A stretch of DNA of 64,000 nt from Octopus bimaculoides (GCF_001194135.2 NC_068986.1:41198661-41262660), one strand, 5' to 3'. Positions 38,750-53,204 are shown, numbered from the stretch's first letter. Numbers and translations: made by a program. Notes: generated by a model from the sequence alone, not told the origin.

Positions 38750-39178
38750 AGGTGCAGGAGTGGCTCTATGGTAAGTAGCTTGCTTACCAACCACATGGTT
38801 CCAGGTTCAGTCCCACTGCACCTTGGGCAAGTGTCTTCTACTATAGCCTCAGGCCACCCAAAGCCTTGTGAGTGGATTTGGTAGACGGAAACTGAAAGAA
38901 GCCCATTGTATATATGTATATGTATATAATATATATATATATGTGTGTGTGTGTTTGTGTGTCTGTGTTTGTCCCCGCAACATCGCTTGACAACCGATGC
39001 TGGTGTGTTTACGTCCCTGTAACTTAGCGGTTTGGCAAAAGAGACTGATAGAATAAGTACTAGGCTTACAAAGAATAAGTTCTAGGCTTACAAAGAATAA
39101 GTTCTGGGGTCGATTTGCTCGACTAAAGGCAGTGCTCCAGCATGGCCGCAGTCAAATGACTGAAACAAGTAAAAGAGT
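38750..39178 (+). mobile_element. SINE family A, full length, with internal 22-bp tandem duplication (39061-39104)
   Basis: Complete head ggtgcaggagtggctctatggtaagtagc...ggttcagtccc through the aaaagag tail; taggcttacaaagaataagttc x2. Confidence 0.9.
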
Positions 39179-39189
39179 AGTACCTACAT

Positions 39190-39292
39190 TTTAATCCTGG
39201 TTCTTATTCTGTCAGTCTCTTTTTTCCAAACTGCTAATTTATGAGGATGTAAACAAACCAACAGTAGTTGTCAAGTGGAAGGGAAGGGGAAA

Positions 39293-39335
<43 letters not shown>
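39190..39335 (-). mobile_element. SINE family A 3' module, inverted relative to the adjacent copy
   Basis: cttattctgtcagtctc...gttgtcaag followed by (CA)n. Confidence 0.7.
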
Positions 39336-39339
<4 letters not shown>

Positions 39340-39689
39340 GGTAGGGAAAGAGGAATGTATGGTAGTTATCATCACATAAGATACTGTCTTAAAGAACATT
39401 TTGTTTGCTAATGTCATCACCGACATTATTTGAAATGGAGGTTGGCACAAAGATTCCATTCTTCTACATTATAAACCTAAATAATTTGCTTAACTATTAT
39501 TTTTTTTCTTTTATGGCCCTCCTTCCCTCCCTTCCCATCAACTGGTATTCAAATAAGGTTGCATAGAAAGGTCACTTGACTGAGTTCCATCATTGGATTA
39601 CTGTTACATTTAGACTTAGTCTTGACTTCAGAAGGAAATTGATATTTCATATCAGTTTATTTATTACTTTTTGGTCTTTTAATTTTTCT

Positions 39690-39870
39690 GCTTAAATTTC
39701 CATCCAATTGGGTCATTGAAATGAGTTAGCCTTCAGATCAACCTCAATCCAGCAGATCCATGATTAAAAGCATTCTAACCATGACCATCCTGTAACTTTG
39801 TTTAATTTATTTTTTTTGCTTTTTATATCTTAATATAGTGTCCAGTAAGTCCTTCTTTAGTTAAGGTATA
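39690..39870 (-). mobile_element. Retroposon family F fragment
   Basis: ttagccttcagatcaacctcaatccagcagatccatgattaaaagcattctaaccatgaccatcc. Confidence 0.55.
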
Positions 39871-40499
39871 AAGCAAGCATGGCAACCTTTTTTATGGAGA
39901 TAACCACATGAAACTGGAATTATTATCAGGCAGACCACACTGCTAAAAATTCAAGGTAATTTTTCATCAGGTGTGTCTTTCAGAAAGTCCTGTGTCTGCT
40001 GTAGAGTTTGAATTTGAGGAGGATTTATTTTCTATTTCTAGGAGACAAATTGATTGCATAGAGATTTTGTCATAAGCTCTACTAAATGATTAGCTGAGGT
40101 ACTATAAATGGTCAACTGAAAATATTTGGATGATCGGGTGTAAATAGTATTTTCTCCAGTACAATGATTCAATAAAAGATTACTAATTTTTTCAAAATGT
40201 CTTCATGTTAACTACTAAAAATCTAATATTTTTTTCAAATCACAAAGATCCATATATGGCAGGGGATGCTTATGCCCAGATTCAATATTAAGATGACGTA
40301 ATATAAATTTTCCTTTGTCTTTTGCAGCTAACTATTCTCACTAGAGAAGCTAAATTCTGTTGCAGTACTGCCACTGCTTACATTAGGGAAATATATGACC
40401 TGCTGTACCTACTTAATTGATGGAACCCTTATCAAGTGCCACAATCTGCTAGAGGTCCTCCATGTCCTCAATTCACACTCTACCCTTTTAAATTAGGAA

Positions 40500-40818
40500 T
40501 AAAGAGTAAAGACCCCCTTTTGATCATGAATGACTATGGGATTGCATCTAAGAAAGTTACCCTCTCAGGCACAAGTCCAGACAAGGTTGTTTATGGAAGA
40601 CCAGCACTCGCCTATGCATACCAGCCTCCCCTCTCAATGCCAATGATGTTATCCAAGGGTAAGGCAAAGGCTGATACAACTTGGCACCAGTGATGTCACA
40701 ACTCATTTCTACAGCTGAGCGAACTGGAGCAACGTAAAATAGTGTCTTGTTCAAGAACACAATACACGGCACGGTCTGGGAATCAAATTCACTACTTCAT
40801 GATTGTGAACCTGACACT
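40500..40818 (-). mobile_element. tRNA-derived SINE family E, full length
   Basis: Reverse complement starts cacatagctcagttgttagagtg (A box)...gaatttgattccc (B box)...gtgttcttgaacaagacact (CORE/V-like) and ends in a (CTTTA)-type tail. Confidence 0.75.
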
Positions 40819-41984
40819 CTAACAACTGAGCTATGTGTAGTCTTAAATATAAAAAAGATGGTATAATCAAAGCTGGGATACCTTCATTCATAGAGTTGCT
40901 CACTCAGTGCTAACCTAGGGTTAAACAACAACTAAGAGCCACCGTGAACTACAATATCTTTACCAGACACCAGGCAATTATGGTGAAAGGATGCAAACAG
41001 CCCATGACCTCTTAGCTAGTTTGTCTTCTACGCTGCTGTCACAGCCACACTTTCACATCAACTACTGCTGATTAAAACCTGTCTGTAGCTGTTGTTTTGT
41101 TTAATGCTCTGTATTAAGTGATATCAGCTGGGTAAAGTCTGACAGCGGTGTGCAGCAGATTGAGTCAATTCAGTGTTCTGGATTATTCATAGTTGATGGA
41201 CAGAACATTGTGTATCATAGTCTCTTCATAGCAACCGTTGTTCCTAATCAGATAATCAACTGATGAATCAATCTGTTTTATTTTTTAATAATGACTAATT
41301 TATTTTGTGTGTAGCAAGGAAAGTGTTGCCTCTGAGATATTACTAATGCCAACTATTCTTTTATCATTGAAGTTAAAACTATTAAGTTAATCTTTTATAC
41401 ATTGATAAAGCAAACATTCACTACTCCCAATTTCAGTAGTGTCAGAAAGCATAATGAATGCTCTACTAAAAAGAATCTTTTTTTGTTCTTGTTCGTTTGG
41501 TATGTGTAGAGGAAGTGGTTCTGCTCTTGGTTTTCACATCACTCTAAAACCAATGAGAATGATGTTGTTAACTTACCTTTTTGACATATGCAAACTGATG
41601 ACAGAAGAAAACAAAAAATCATGATGGCACAGAATTCTATTGAGCCAACATTCTGGGGAGAAATTACTGGGAATTGTGCTTAGCGTAGAGCCTGTGAGGA
41701 AAGGACACAACACTACAGGGTCTTCAGCTCCTCTAGACAGAAGCCACTGGAGTAGCATTTAAAATGGCAGAGAGGAGACAGCACATCCATAGGTCAGAAG
41801 TTGGTGTGTTCCATTTTTGAAATATTATCTATCTGGAAAAGAAACAGTTAAATATTTTGGGGGTTGCAAAATTTAGGTTGCATTTAGTTGAAATATTTAT
41901 TGTACAATGTCTCCACAAGATGATTAACTGGATAACTAATAACTTGTAATATTTAAGGGTAAGCAGAATTATTAGCATTCCAGG

Positions 41985-42145
41985 TAAAATGCTTAGAATG
42001 TAAAGATGGACGAGATGCTGCTGAGGTTGACTTTGCTTTTCATCCTTCAGGGCTGATGAAATAAGTACCAGTTGAGCACTGGGGTCAATGTAATTGACTT
42101 ACCTTTACCCCAAAATTACTGGCCTTGTGCTAAAATTTGAAACTG
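41985..42145 (+). mobile_element. SINE family B (degraded)
   Basis: gctgaggttgactttgctttcatccttcagggctgatgaaataagtaccagttgagcactggggtc. Confidence 0.7.
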
Positions 42146-43532
42146 TATTTAAGAGCAAAATAAAAAATAAATAAATAAAAGCCTTTTAGCTAACTACAGA
42201 ATATATAAATTGCAGAGGTTGTAAAGATTTATGCTTCACTGGGGAAAAAAAAACAAAAAAACATTGAGCTATTTCCTATTTCTAAATTATGTTGTGTCAA
42301 GTCTGTTCTTGCCACCACATGTTTCATAGTAGTTCTTGCTATAGTTATAATTTCACTGATGCTTCAAAGAAACCTATTATATAGGAACATTCTGTTGTTA
42401 GTCTAATATGACACTAATTAAGTTTTGAATGCAAAATGAGAACTATCAATAGTAAAGGTTGATACTTCAAGCAAAGAAAACTCAAATGTACAAAGTCTAA
42501 ATGAAGAACATATTTTTATGTTTAAAACTAAAGGAGAGGAAGAGAGAAAATGAGCACCTGGTGTGAATTTATTCTCACCTAGTCTTTACTTTTGGTTCCA
42601 TTTCATGTATTTGATATTTGTGTCTACAGTTAAAATCCTCAAATTATATTTATTCAGTTAATCTTGGATTAATTCTTAGATAAATTTCATTCACTTATTG
42701 AATTTTATAGCTTGTTATTGATATGTTGCTTAAATGGTCTGAACTAAGTTGATAAAAATGGGTTTACTAATGGAAGAAAATCATATGATATTGTTGGTGT
42801 AAATATGTATTAAAAATATAAAAAACACTGATCATACACAATGTGGATTCTCTATTGTTTGTCATAATTTATATCAATATTATCACATAGAATTTTGTGT
42901 GTGTGGATATTGTTTGAATGGAAATAAAAGGATTTGGTTTACAATTTATGGACCATGTAGACGATAAATAGTTATACAGGATGGTAAAATATGGTATTTT
43001 GTACTTTGTTAGACAGTATATCTACATTTCCATAGACATTATCTAAGGTCTGAACTTTTCTTTTTATACATAGAGTATCTGTGCAAAAGAAGCTCACAAT
43101 TGACTGAGTTTATAGGATCTCACTTGCCTGATTAAAGAGTTGAAATTTTGCGTTTAAGTGCTCTCTTTCTAGTCAAGTTAATTTCATCTAACTTCATCCA
43201 CCTAACTGTTAGATGTTATTTAGCTCCTAGTCAGGTCTAACCAAGCAGATCTGTGAATATATGTGTTCTATGACCATCCCAGTCATCTTGTCAGAAACCA
43301 GTAGCTGTTTAGTTAATGTGTAGTGTTAAGCCCAAATCCTCATTTGGAATCGGTGTTGGCAGTGGGAAAACTACTGCAGTGTGCTCTCCAAAAGTGAAAC
43401 TGGGATTGGCAAGATCATCAGTCTCTCATTTTACATTGTCATTGTTGTAAAGCAATGGAAAACCTACTGTAAATGATGATGTCATCAGTAGATGTAATGT
43501 ATTACCCAGTTTTTGTCTACACAAAATCATGT

Positions 43533-43599
43533 GCTCAATGGTTGAAGTCTGATTCTCATTTTATTGGCTCAATGGTTGAAGTCTGATTCTCATTTTATT
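43533..43599. repeat. Perfect 33-bp tandem duplication (period 34)
   Basis: gctcaatggttgaagtctgattctcattttatt at 43533-43565 and 43567-43599. Confidence 0.95.
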
Positions 43600-43689
43600 C
43601 TCTGAGTGTCCCAGAATTATGTCCAGCTAACACTTTTTTTGACAAGATCGTATTTATTTTCTCATTCAATATGTCTCTCTTTCTCTACT

Positions 43690-43880
43690 CTCTCTCTCTC
43701 TCCTTCAATCCTAGCACCTTGAAATTAGCATTCCTTCCTAGCTTCATTCCAGGTTTGCCTAGGTCTACCCTCCCCACCACCATCCCCAATCAGATTACCA
43801 CTTTTCAGCTGAATATTTGCTCATCTAACTCACAGGCCACTTTCTATTCTCTGTTGGCTACCTACTCCTGTATTCCTTCA
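43690..43880 (-). pseudogene. RTE-type LINE RT C-terminal fragment
   Basis: Minus-strand translation ..GDGGGEGRPRQTWNEARKE matches the RTE C-terminal GRGRPRKTWxEVV motif. Confidence 0.5.
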
Positions 43881-45588
43881 CTTCCACTCCCTCCTGCTAC
43901 ATAGCTCAGTTCAATCTCAGTCTCTGGCGACCAACACAATTAAAATGGATGTTGATTGACTGATTAGATATACCCATGTCAATAATGAGGTCAACTTAAT
44001 TTACTCAGTGTTACCTAAAATATAACTAAGGTAAAGAATAAAAAACGAAAAAAAAAACGGACTCACAAAGCAACAACAACAATACCAAACCTTGGGTATT
44101 ATATACTAGTATATAAACAATTAAAGGTAAATGGTTATTAATAGATTTTGTTTCCTCTACTTCGTATAGAATAAATCACTGAATTCCCTGTTGTGTGGGA
44201 GCTAGAAAGCTGATGACGATAATAATAATTTTTTCTTTCTTCTAAACATTCAAGTACAGTTACTACTACCATTATCTTTGTATATGCATGTACACATGAA
44301 AATTATTAATTTATTCATTTTAGTTGGATCAGTTTCTGAAAGTTTATTATTATTGTTCAGCTTGTGTCTACACTATCACACAAATAAACATATTACATGA
44401 AAGAAAGCTAAATCCAGAGTAGTCCTCCCTCTTCCTCTCCATCTCTCCCGTTACCTAGCAATTATACTATGTTAAATACTGAGCTCTTGTTCTATTACAG
44501 AAGTGCCATGGTTTACAAAGAATGTCTTCTTACAAACCAGCCGTCTGTAATCTCTCTTCTCCCCTTCTTTCTCTCCCCCTTGTATGTTTAGCCATTTCCC
44601 ACAGTGCACCACCAAGATGGTTATCCTTTTTTTCCTTTTAATTTTTTTCTTTGACATTTCTAGAGGTTGTCAAGCAGAAGAAAGGGACAGACTGTAATAT
44701 GTATTTCTCCCTTTCTAGAAATATTTATTTTCTGGTTTTTTTTCCTTTTCTTTTCTCATTTAAGTCAATTTGGCTGATTGTTTAGAGTACTGTAGGTAAC
44801 ATGTTTTTTCCATTCTATTCATCAAAGTAAACCCTTGTGCCAATATGCATGTACATGCATTTAAAAATTGCAAGAAAGTCTTCTGGTTATTGATTTCTTT
44901 AAGAATGAGTTACTGAGAGTTAATTAATAGAATTACTATTTTTCTTTTAATAAGTCCTTTTTTTTTTCTGTTTTTATTTAATCATTCCAGCTTATTTGTA
45001 TTTCACTAAAAACAAGAAGATAGTGTACAAAGCAAGGCTTCATTTATTTAGTAACATAATGATGATTAACATTCTGGACGTTGGCTGAAACCCTATAGTT
45101 GGTGCATTTCCAGTGGGTGGAGCTGCTGGCCCCAGGCCCAACTGAGGACCATTATTTCTTCCCATTAATCACTGTTCATGACACATACAAAAGTAGTAGG
45201 AGTTGGAGCTATAGTAGTGGTGGGAGTTTTATTTGAAAGTTATAAAGAAATACTGTTTTGGCACAGCTTATGTGTATTGTGCTAGTTATAAGAGTAAAAG
45301 TAGTTATTGAAAAAATTGCATAGAATCGTATTACAATTTTGTGAGTTTTTTGTTTTATAATTATGTTTTTATATTTTTATTTTCATTTTCACTCTCAGAT
45401 TTTACAAAATTTATAATTTCTCTTTTTAAAGTCATTAAAAAAAATATTAATTATATTTTATCATATTTATTGTTTGAAAAATAATAAAAAAAGATTGTGC
45501 TTAACAAAGGCTTACCTAACATTTGTTGCTAATTACTTAACAAATATGCTCTGTCAAGAAATATTAAGGTTTAATTTGAATGTTTTAA

Positions 45589-45830
45589 TCTTTCTGTGAC
45601 AATATTTCTAATAAAATACACTGCCAATGTGTTTCAATTAATTCTGAAAATAATGAAGAATTTGGTGACTTTAATAGAATATATTTGTCATTAAGTTGAT
45701 GCTTGGAACATAATTTAATGAAATAGGTCTTTATAAAATTATGATAACTAGTTTCAATTTAAATATGAACACTTCAAAAATTAATGTATTTGAACCAGAG
45801 GTGGTTTCAGGCAGATTGATATCAAAAGGG
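45589..45830 (+). mobile_element. piggyBac-like MITE family 2
   Basis: TTAA|tctttctgtgac ... gatatcaaaaggg|TTAA; homologous to 56881 and 61420. Confidence 0.7.
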
Positions 45831-46277
45831 TTAATTCATGAGATAAACTGAGTCTGTGCTTGTTTCAGTTTGTAGTAGAAGCTAATATTTATTGTTCAGC
45901 AGAAGGGTGTGGACATCATGCATTCTCACATTTACCCTTTTTTTTTTTTTTTTTTTTTAGAATTAGTCTTGTTCTAAATATGAAATCAGAAGTGATATTA
46001 TTTAATCTGAATGTTTTCCTTCAATTTACTTTTTGCAAACTAAAAGATATATATATACAAACGTTTGCATTTCAAAATTTTAGAAATTTTCCAAAGGTTA
46101 TTAGTTACTTTGGTGGTTGCTTCTTGTAAAACATTGACTCATTCAGTTCTCTTCTGCTATCTAGTTAGGTACTACTTCATTCATATTCCTGCATTCAAAT
46201 CTTGCTTCAAACCAATTTCACTTCTTTTAGTGGGTTTTTTTCTTCTTTTTTTTTTTAGCTGTTGTCAGTGCATTTAA

Positions 46278-46497
46278 CTCTATAGTATTCAGATTTCTCT
46301 GTTAAATGTAATGTTTATTTTTTCACATTGATAAAAATCAGTCATGCATTACCTCATACCTTTGAGATTCCAATAGTATGATTGTTTAATTTTAGAATAA
46401 TATTGTAGGATAAGTGTGAGAAGCCAGATCTAGCCAGTCCGAAGATAAAACAAGTAGAATATTTTGGCTGGATATGACCAATTTAAATGCTAAAGGG
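46278..46497 (+). mobile_element. piggyBac-like MITE family 1
   Basis: TTAA|ctctatagtattcaga ... aaatgctaaaggg|TTAA. Confidence 0.7.
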
Positions 46498-49481
46498 TTA
46501 ATAAAAATCAATTTCATACTTTAGAAATAGAATTTTTTATTTACAAATTCCCCTATAATTTTAAATAACAATCTGATGTTTATTTTTGAATTGCATTAAG
46601 CCTGTTACATTTTCAGTTTCAGTTTGTAATATTTAGTCATTACATAGTTATTAGCATAAGTTTGTTTAAAGTTGCTAACCTAGAAATAAAGTGCTAGGTT
46701 AAGCTGTAATGATGTTTTTGTTGTTAAATTGCAATTGAATAATTGAGGAAAGTGCATCTGAACAGGAAGTGTATTCCAGGAGGAAACAGTTTATTGCATA
46801 TTACATTTTATACACACTTGAAGGAAGTAAACATATGGGGGAGTGATAAAAGATAGAAATGCAAACACAGCAAGAAGTTTTAAATCCAGTTGGAATAAAG
46901 CCATCGCATTCAGAGGAACAGGGGTTATTAAAGAAATAATAGAAGTGGAAGGGAAACCATAACTTGGTGGTGGTCCAAGGTTGAAAGGTTGTTGGGGTGG
47001 GTTGGATTGTCAATTAGGAAGAGGGCAGTTTTGTGAAAATTTTCCAGTATCAGGAGATCAAAGAGGGTGTGTAATTTTGGTTATGAGTGCAATGTTCTAC
47101 AATTGGCAGGGTGTATTCAAATCTTATCTTTGCACTAAGTGCTTTGTCTCTTGAGAGGAAGTTAACTGCAAGAAAACTGACTCAATGTAATTAATTTTTA
47201 CATGTGTAATGAATGGAGTAGGGTTGGGGAACTTCAGCAGGTTTCTTTTCCATAGGATTATTGTCAATTTTGCTATTATTAAATATCAAGATTTCAGATT
47301 ACTATAAAAATTTGAATGGCCAATAAGATGTTTTAAGAACTTTCACAATATCAGTCACTGTGATGTATTTTATTTTTTTATATTTTTTGCTTACATAATG
47401 ATTAAATGGCATTTCTGTTAGTAAATATTGGTTATAAACTACAAACAATAACAATAGCTTGAAACAATTCCATTTATTTACACTATTTACACTAGATATT
47501 GTATAAATGTGTCTAGATTCTAACATCAGTCAAGTCTAATTCTTAAAACACACCAGAATCTACAAATAACGAGGTTAGAAATAAAACACAGTAGTAATTA
47601 AACATAATAAATTATTGATCCTTTCCTGTAGACCGTTTTAAAAATGCAGAAGAGAATGGTTTAAGATTTGAGTTTTAGATATAATCCCATTTCCTCAAAT
47701 CTTAAAAAAAAAAAAAAGAGAAACTGTCGTATAATTATGCTTTATATTTTCCTTGGTTTTTACACTTTTTGTCTATTATTTCTAAAGTAGATTTTTTTTT
47801 TCCAAATGTACTTGCATAAATTATCATTGTAAAGGAGGCAGTGTTTAAAAAGTGGTCCTAATCCACTTAATCAGCTATTTATTCTACAATGGCTATGCTT
47901 CCTACTCAGTGAGAAGCTAACAAGTACAATCGGAAACTGCCTTGTAAAACAATGTCTCCCAAAAGATTTAATTCTCCTTTTATGTCTCTTATTTTAATCT
48001 CATCTTTTTGTTATCTAGTTTAATGAAGAAGTGTGCAGCTGTGCTTATAAGTTCTGTAAAAGAAAGAGCCAAAAAACCGTCCAGTAAGACTTTTCATATA
48101 TCGAAAATATTATTCTAGGAGATTGGGGGACTGGGAGAAAAATATTTCACATCTAACCTTTTTTTTTTTTTTTCAATATACACTCTTTTTAAAATAAACT
48201 TAAAGCTTCTGTTGCAAGAATTTCTATTCCACTAATTGTGCAGCACAGGCACCTTGCCAATAATTGGAGGACAGGCTGCTTAGTGGAAGCCAAGTCATCA
48301 TGATAAGGTGGTCTGGGACTAATGCCAAATTGAAAGCACCCTTACTTTGCTGTTCTCTTCCTTTTCTTTACGTTATGGGATGTGTCCTTATCTCTCTCCC
48401 CACTCCCCTCCACTTACACTTTGTTGCCTGTATGTAGTGCCAGGTTTCCTTATCACTCAAGGATTTTGGTTGCCATCCAGGTTTTCCTGCTACTTCAGTG
48501 GGTGCTGCTGGGAAAAGTAAAAGAAAATGAAGTAAAAACAAATTTCTTTAAATTTTGAGAGGTTATATAATAAAATAAATAAATAAATAAAATCTCAAAG
48601 TACTTTTTGAAATGTTGCTATGATAAGAAAATAATAGATTTTAATCAAGCCTGTTCATAGATTAGATTTTAGAAAGCAAAGCTAATTGTATTCTCATATT
48701 TTGTTTTATTTTCTTACTTTCTTTTTAATCACATTAGAAATGAAAGTTTAGACTGACCTTCAAGTGCTTCCTTTCAATCAGATTTACAATCTTCTTGCTT
48801 GTAAGGGTTTTAAATTTTCAGCTTAAAATCTTCAGTGTAAAATTTTTTTTCCTCTTTATAATGTTATAAATTTTACCAGATCTGCAACTTTTTCTTTCTC
48901 TCTTGAAAAATTGATTAAAAAGAGGGGAGTGGGGGAATGGATTTTGACTGAAGCTCTTAGAGTTTCAGATTTGAAGTGTATATCTGGGAATATAAGATGT
49001 TTAGCTTTAAATATAGTGACTGCAATTATCAAGCAAGGGAATTCAACTCTCAGTTACTTTAATGATGTAATGCATCTTGACCATAAATCCAAAAAGAGAA
49101 GATAACCTATTGATCCTAAGTAGGATTAATTATGACAGCTAACTGGGTACACAAGGTTAGAAATTTGACATATAAGCATATTTATATTTTCATACACTTT
49201 TTGAGAAGTCCGATTAGTAATTACACTGATTGATAGAAAGGCCACAACTTACTAGCTATCTGGAACCATTAAATAAGTAACTTTAAATTTCACATATAGA
49301 ATCAGTTCTTTTTTCAACCTATGAATTAGAGTAAATAAATCTTATTTGTCAGAATTTTTGTTTTTGAAGTATAAATAATATTACATCAATATTCTTATGA
49401 CCAAACCGTTGCTCCATTTGAAACTGTTTATCATAGATCTTTCATAATTGAATATGATAATTATTTTGCTTAATACTTTAT

Positions 49482-49840
49482 CTTTTACTTGTTTCAGTCA
49501 TTTGACTGCAGCCATGCTGGGGCACTGCCTTGAAGGGTTTTAGTCAAAGAAATCAAGCCTGGGGCTTATTTTTTTAAAGTCTAGTACTTATTCTATCAGT
49601 CTCTTTTGTTGAACCACTAAGTTACAGGGATGCAAACACATCAACACTGGTTGTCAAACAGTGGTGGGACACACACACTACAGTCTTTTTTCAGTTTCTG
49701 TCTATCAAATCCACTCACAAGGTTTGGTCGACCCAAAACCATAGTAGAACACACTCCCCTAAGGTGTCATGCAGTGGGACTGAACCTAGAACCATGTGGT
49801 TGGAAAGCAAGCTTCTTACCACACAGCCACACCTGTGCCC
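49482..49840 (-). mobile_element. SINE family A, full length
   Basis: Both modules in reverse orientation, ending ...ttaccacacagccacacc. Confidence 0.85.
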
Positions 49841-51694
49841 ATTAGAAAAAAAAAAGCTAATAAAATTCTTTTTTAGTTTTTATTAGTATAACAGCTTGAG
49901 TTTGTGTTACATACAACAGTTGTTTCTGTGTTTAATTAAAACATGGATATAGTTAAAAATATGTAAGTTGTCTAATTGCTTTAAATTCCCCCCCCCCCCC
50001 ACACACACACACTTTATTCTGTGTTCAAATCTTGCATTGCTGGCATTGCCTTTTGTCCCACCAGACTTGTTGGAGTAGAACTAATAATGTAGTGAAAAAC
50101 CTTAAAAAAGAAGCAGAGCAAATACACACTTGTGCAAAAGCTGGTTTTGTAATTAACTAAAAGAAATGTGTGGTAGGTGGTAATAATTCTGTATTGCTGC
50201 AGACAAAAATGTGTAATTTTATTAAGAGGCCTCCATTGGTCGAAATAGAGCATGTATGAGCAAGCCTAAACAGGCCTTCCCTTTTTTTTTGTTTTGTTTA
50301 GGAAGACTAGTAGTTGCCCATGTATGCAAATTCTTCATACCACTAATGTTTATCCAAGAGAAAAGCTATTGACTTGTGCCAGTACAATGTTGTTGTAGGT
50401 GTTGTTACTGTCAACACAGAGCCAGAATAGATACCCCAAAGTAATTTTCCCAACCTTCTAACAGCTTCACCAAGCCACTTCCCAGGTTATGGATCAAATA
50501 AATTATATCAGTCACCGTCCAGTGATCTTGATAGTAGTAAAATCTAAATAGTAACTTTGGAAAACCAATAGCTACAAAGCTAGCAACTTAGCTCTTATTC
50601 AAAAGGATAAATGCAAAAGTTGATCTTGACAGGATTTGAACTCAGATTGCAGAGAATTGGCACAAATACTGTGAGGCAATCCATTCAATTCTTTAACAAC
50701 TCTGCCAATTTACTGTCATTTTTTTATACATTGCAATTTTATACTTTCTCATAATATCTGTAAATAAAGATATAAAACATTGGCACAATGCCATAAATCT
50801 GTAGGTGAAGAGTGGTGTCAATTGGATCTACTTTGATACACGTACCTTACCTCTCTGATACAGAAATCTGTTTGTAGTCAATACTATAAGTACATGTAAT
50901 ATAACACACTGTTGCTGAGTCAGTCAAACATTGGTCTGATTCCGAGTCAATTTAGTATAATTTTAGCAGTATTTTTATGGTTTAGACATTAGAGCATTTA
51001 GTATGGTGCATAACTAGTACTCAACCTTGTTTCTGAATTGTCTATCATAAAACAATCACTTGTAAAAACACTTCTACATTGTTTTATTTCTCTTTGGCCT
51101 GTTTTTTTTTTCCTCAAATTTTATTTATTTATTAGTATCAGAAATAACTAATGTAGACTGAGCATTGCCATAGTTGTCTCTGCAATATGTATTGCCATAG
51201 ATTTATGAGCTGTTTCACATATGAAGTACACTAAAAGTGGTGGGAGATAGTGATTTTTTTTTATATGTATGAATAATAAGACTCCTTGTGTGGTTTCATG
51301 TTGTGTGAAATTTGTAATTTTTGTATGCAGTCTCATAACTATAAAATACATATTCACAAACACACATTTAGAAATGGCTGTATCTATTATTTGGTACACC
51401 TAAAATTCCAGCTGTCTACCTTTTGATGGAGTGAGACATACAATATTTAAAATATAGCTACTACATCACTTAACCACACACACATACAGTGGTCTTCCTG
51501 TAGAATAATTTTCAAAACCTACGCATTTTCCCTTCCACTCCCTACATATTTTTTTCCTACATACATAGATTTGTGTGTGCACATATACTCTGTACATTTC
51601 ATCCTTTACATCTCATCCAATTAAAGAAAACTCTGTGTATGTGTGTGTTCACCATTGTAAAGGGACTAATTAAATCACATATTGCACCAATGAG

Positions 51695-51730
<36 letters not shown>

Positions 51731-53204
51731 AAGAATAGGGTGTGCGGAAACAAAAATAATCAAAGAAAAAAAGAAACTGTTATTGTCTTGGCGACCCATT
51801 GTGAAGTGAAACTTCATGCTAAAGGGTTTTCAATAGGGAATAACAGAGCTCATTAATCTAACCCCTCTCACTCATCTCATCAGTATCATTGTTTTAATTG
51901 AAAAGGAATCTTTTTACAATCTTTTTCTGTTTTTCTTTTTCCTTTCGTTATTTAGCTGACCAAATAATCTTGTGATGGTGGTGATACCAATAATGAATGA
52001 CTGTAGCACGATGATGATGATGATGATGATTGTTACCATGATTATAAATGATCATATGATGATTAGTGATGTGATAGTGACCTTCAGTTTCTAAAATAAT
52101 GCTTGGAGTTTACATTATACATTGTATTTTAAACACTGACTACTATAATATAGACTAATGAACCCATTGTTTATTTGTTAACAATCCTAATCAGCTGCTA
52201 TCTGTGCTGATGTTTCTCTTGTGAACATTTTCTTCTTTATAACACCACCAGGCCTTGTCTTTTTTTCTCTTCTAATTCTCTTCTATAGAATCAAAAGAGC
52301 GTTAGTGTGATCAGTTTAATTATTATTATGTTTTGTTTTTTTAAAAAAAATGTTATTGGTTAGAAAGTATGGTGTGTAACTGAATTGGTAGAATGTCAAG
52401 ACCAGCTACTTTGCAGTATTTACTCATGTACACTGATATTCTAAGTTCAGATCCTACAGTACTTGATAAAATACCAGTCAAGTTTTGGAATTTGTATAAT
52501 TGTCTATATCCCTTACACCCTCTGCCAAAAAAAAAAAAAATGGTGTCTTGTATGTATGTTAGGAACTACAGTCTTCATATCTCAGCCTATGCAATGTACA
52601 TTTACAAGCCTGTATATGTACAATTGTTTGTTCTTGCATGCACATTTTGTTTATGTGTATACGTGCTTGTGTGGTACAATAAATTAAAGTGGCTAGTAAC
52701 CTTATTCAAATATAGAGGATACATTTTTGTTCATTTTTAATGAGTCATGATGAAAATGACAGCACGTCAGTAACAATGTTAAATTTATACCACAAAGACA
52801 TTTTATGCCATCATACTTTGCTGTCTCTAGTTACAGCAATTGCAAACCAATAAGTATTTCTATTCAGTTAATTCATGCTGTCCTCTACCCCCAACCTCAC
52901 CCCAACAGTCATATCTTTGATTTTTTTTGTTTTTGTTTTTTGAAATTATTTATAATATTGTCTCAATTTAAGATAATGTCAAATATTTTGAAAGCTTTTC
53001 AGTTTCCTCATCATCATTTTTTTTATTCATCTATGTATGGAATTGATATACATAGAATACAGCACATTTTTGCATGCCCTGATTGTACAAGAAAACAAAC
53101 GATATATCACTTATACTTGTATGCTGGTATGGGTTTGATGGGTATGTCATATATATATATATCATATTGTTCTCTCAATCATTCTTCATCTCTTTCTTAA
53201 TAGG

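Noticed and set aside
38750-38820. tRNA-like A/B-box sequences (also 18965, 40750-40818 and family B heads)
   Set aside because: They run directly into SINE bodies and lack a complete cloverleaf, so they are SINE heads, not tRNA genes.
40328-40420. Strong acceptor (tttcctttgtcttttgcag) followed by a ~30-codon open frame
   Set aside because: No convincing donor before the stop; peptide not recognisable.
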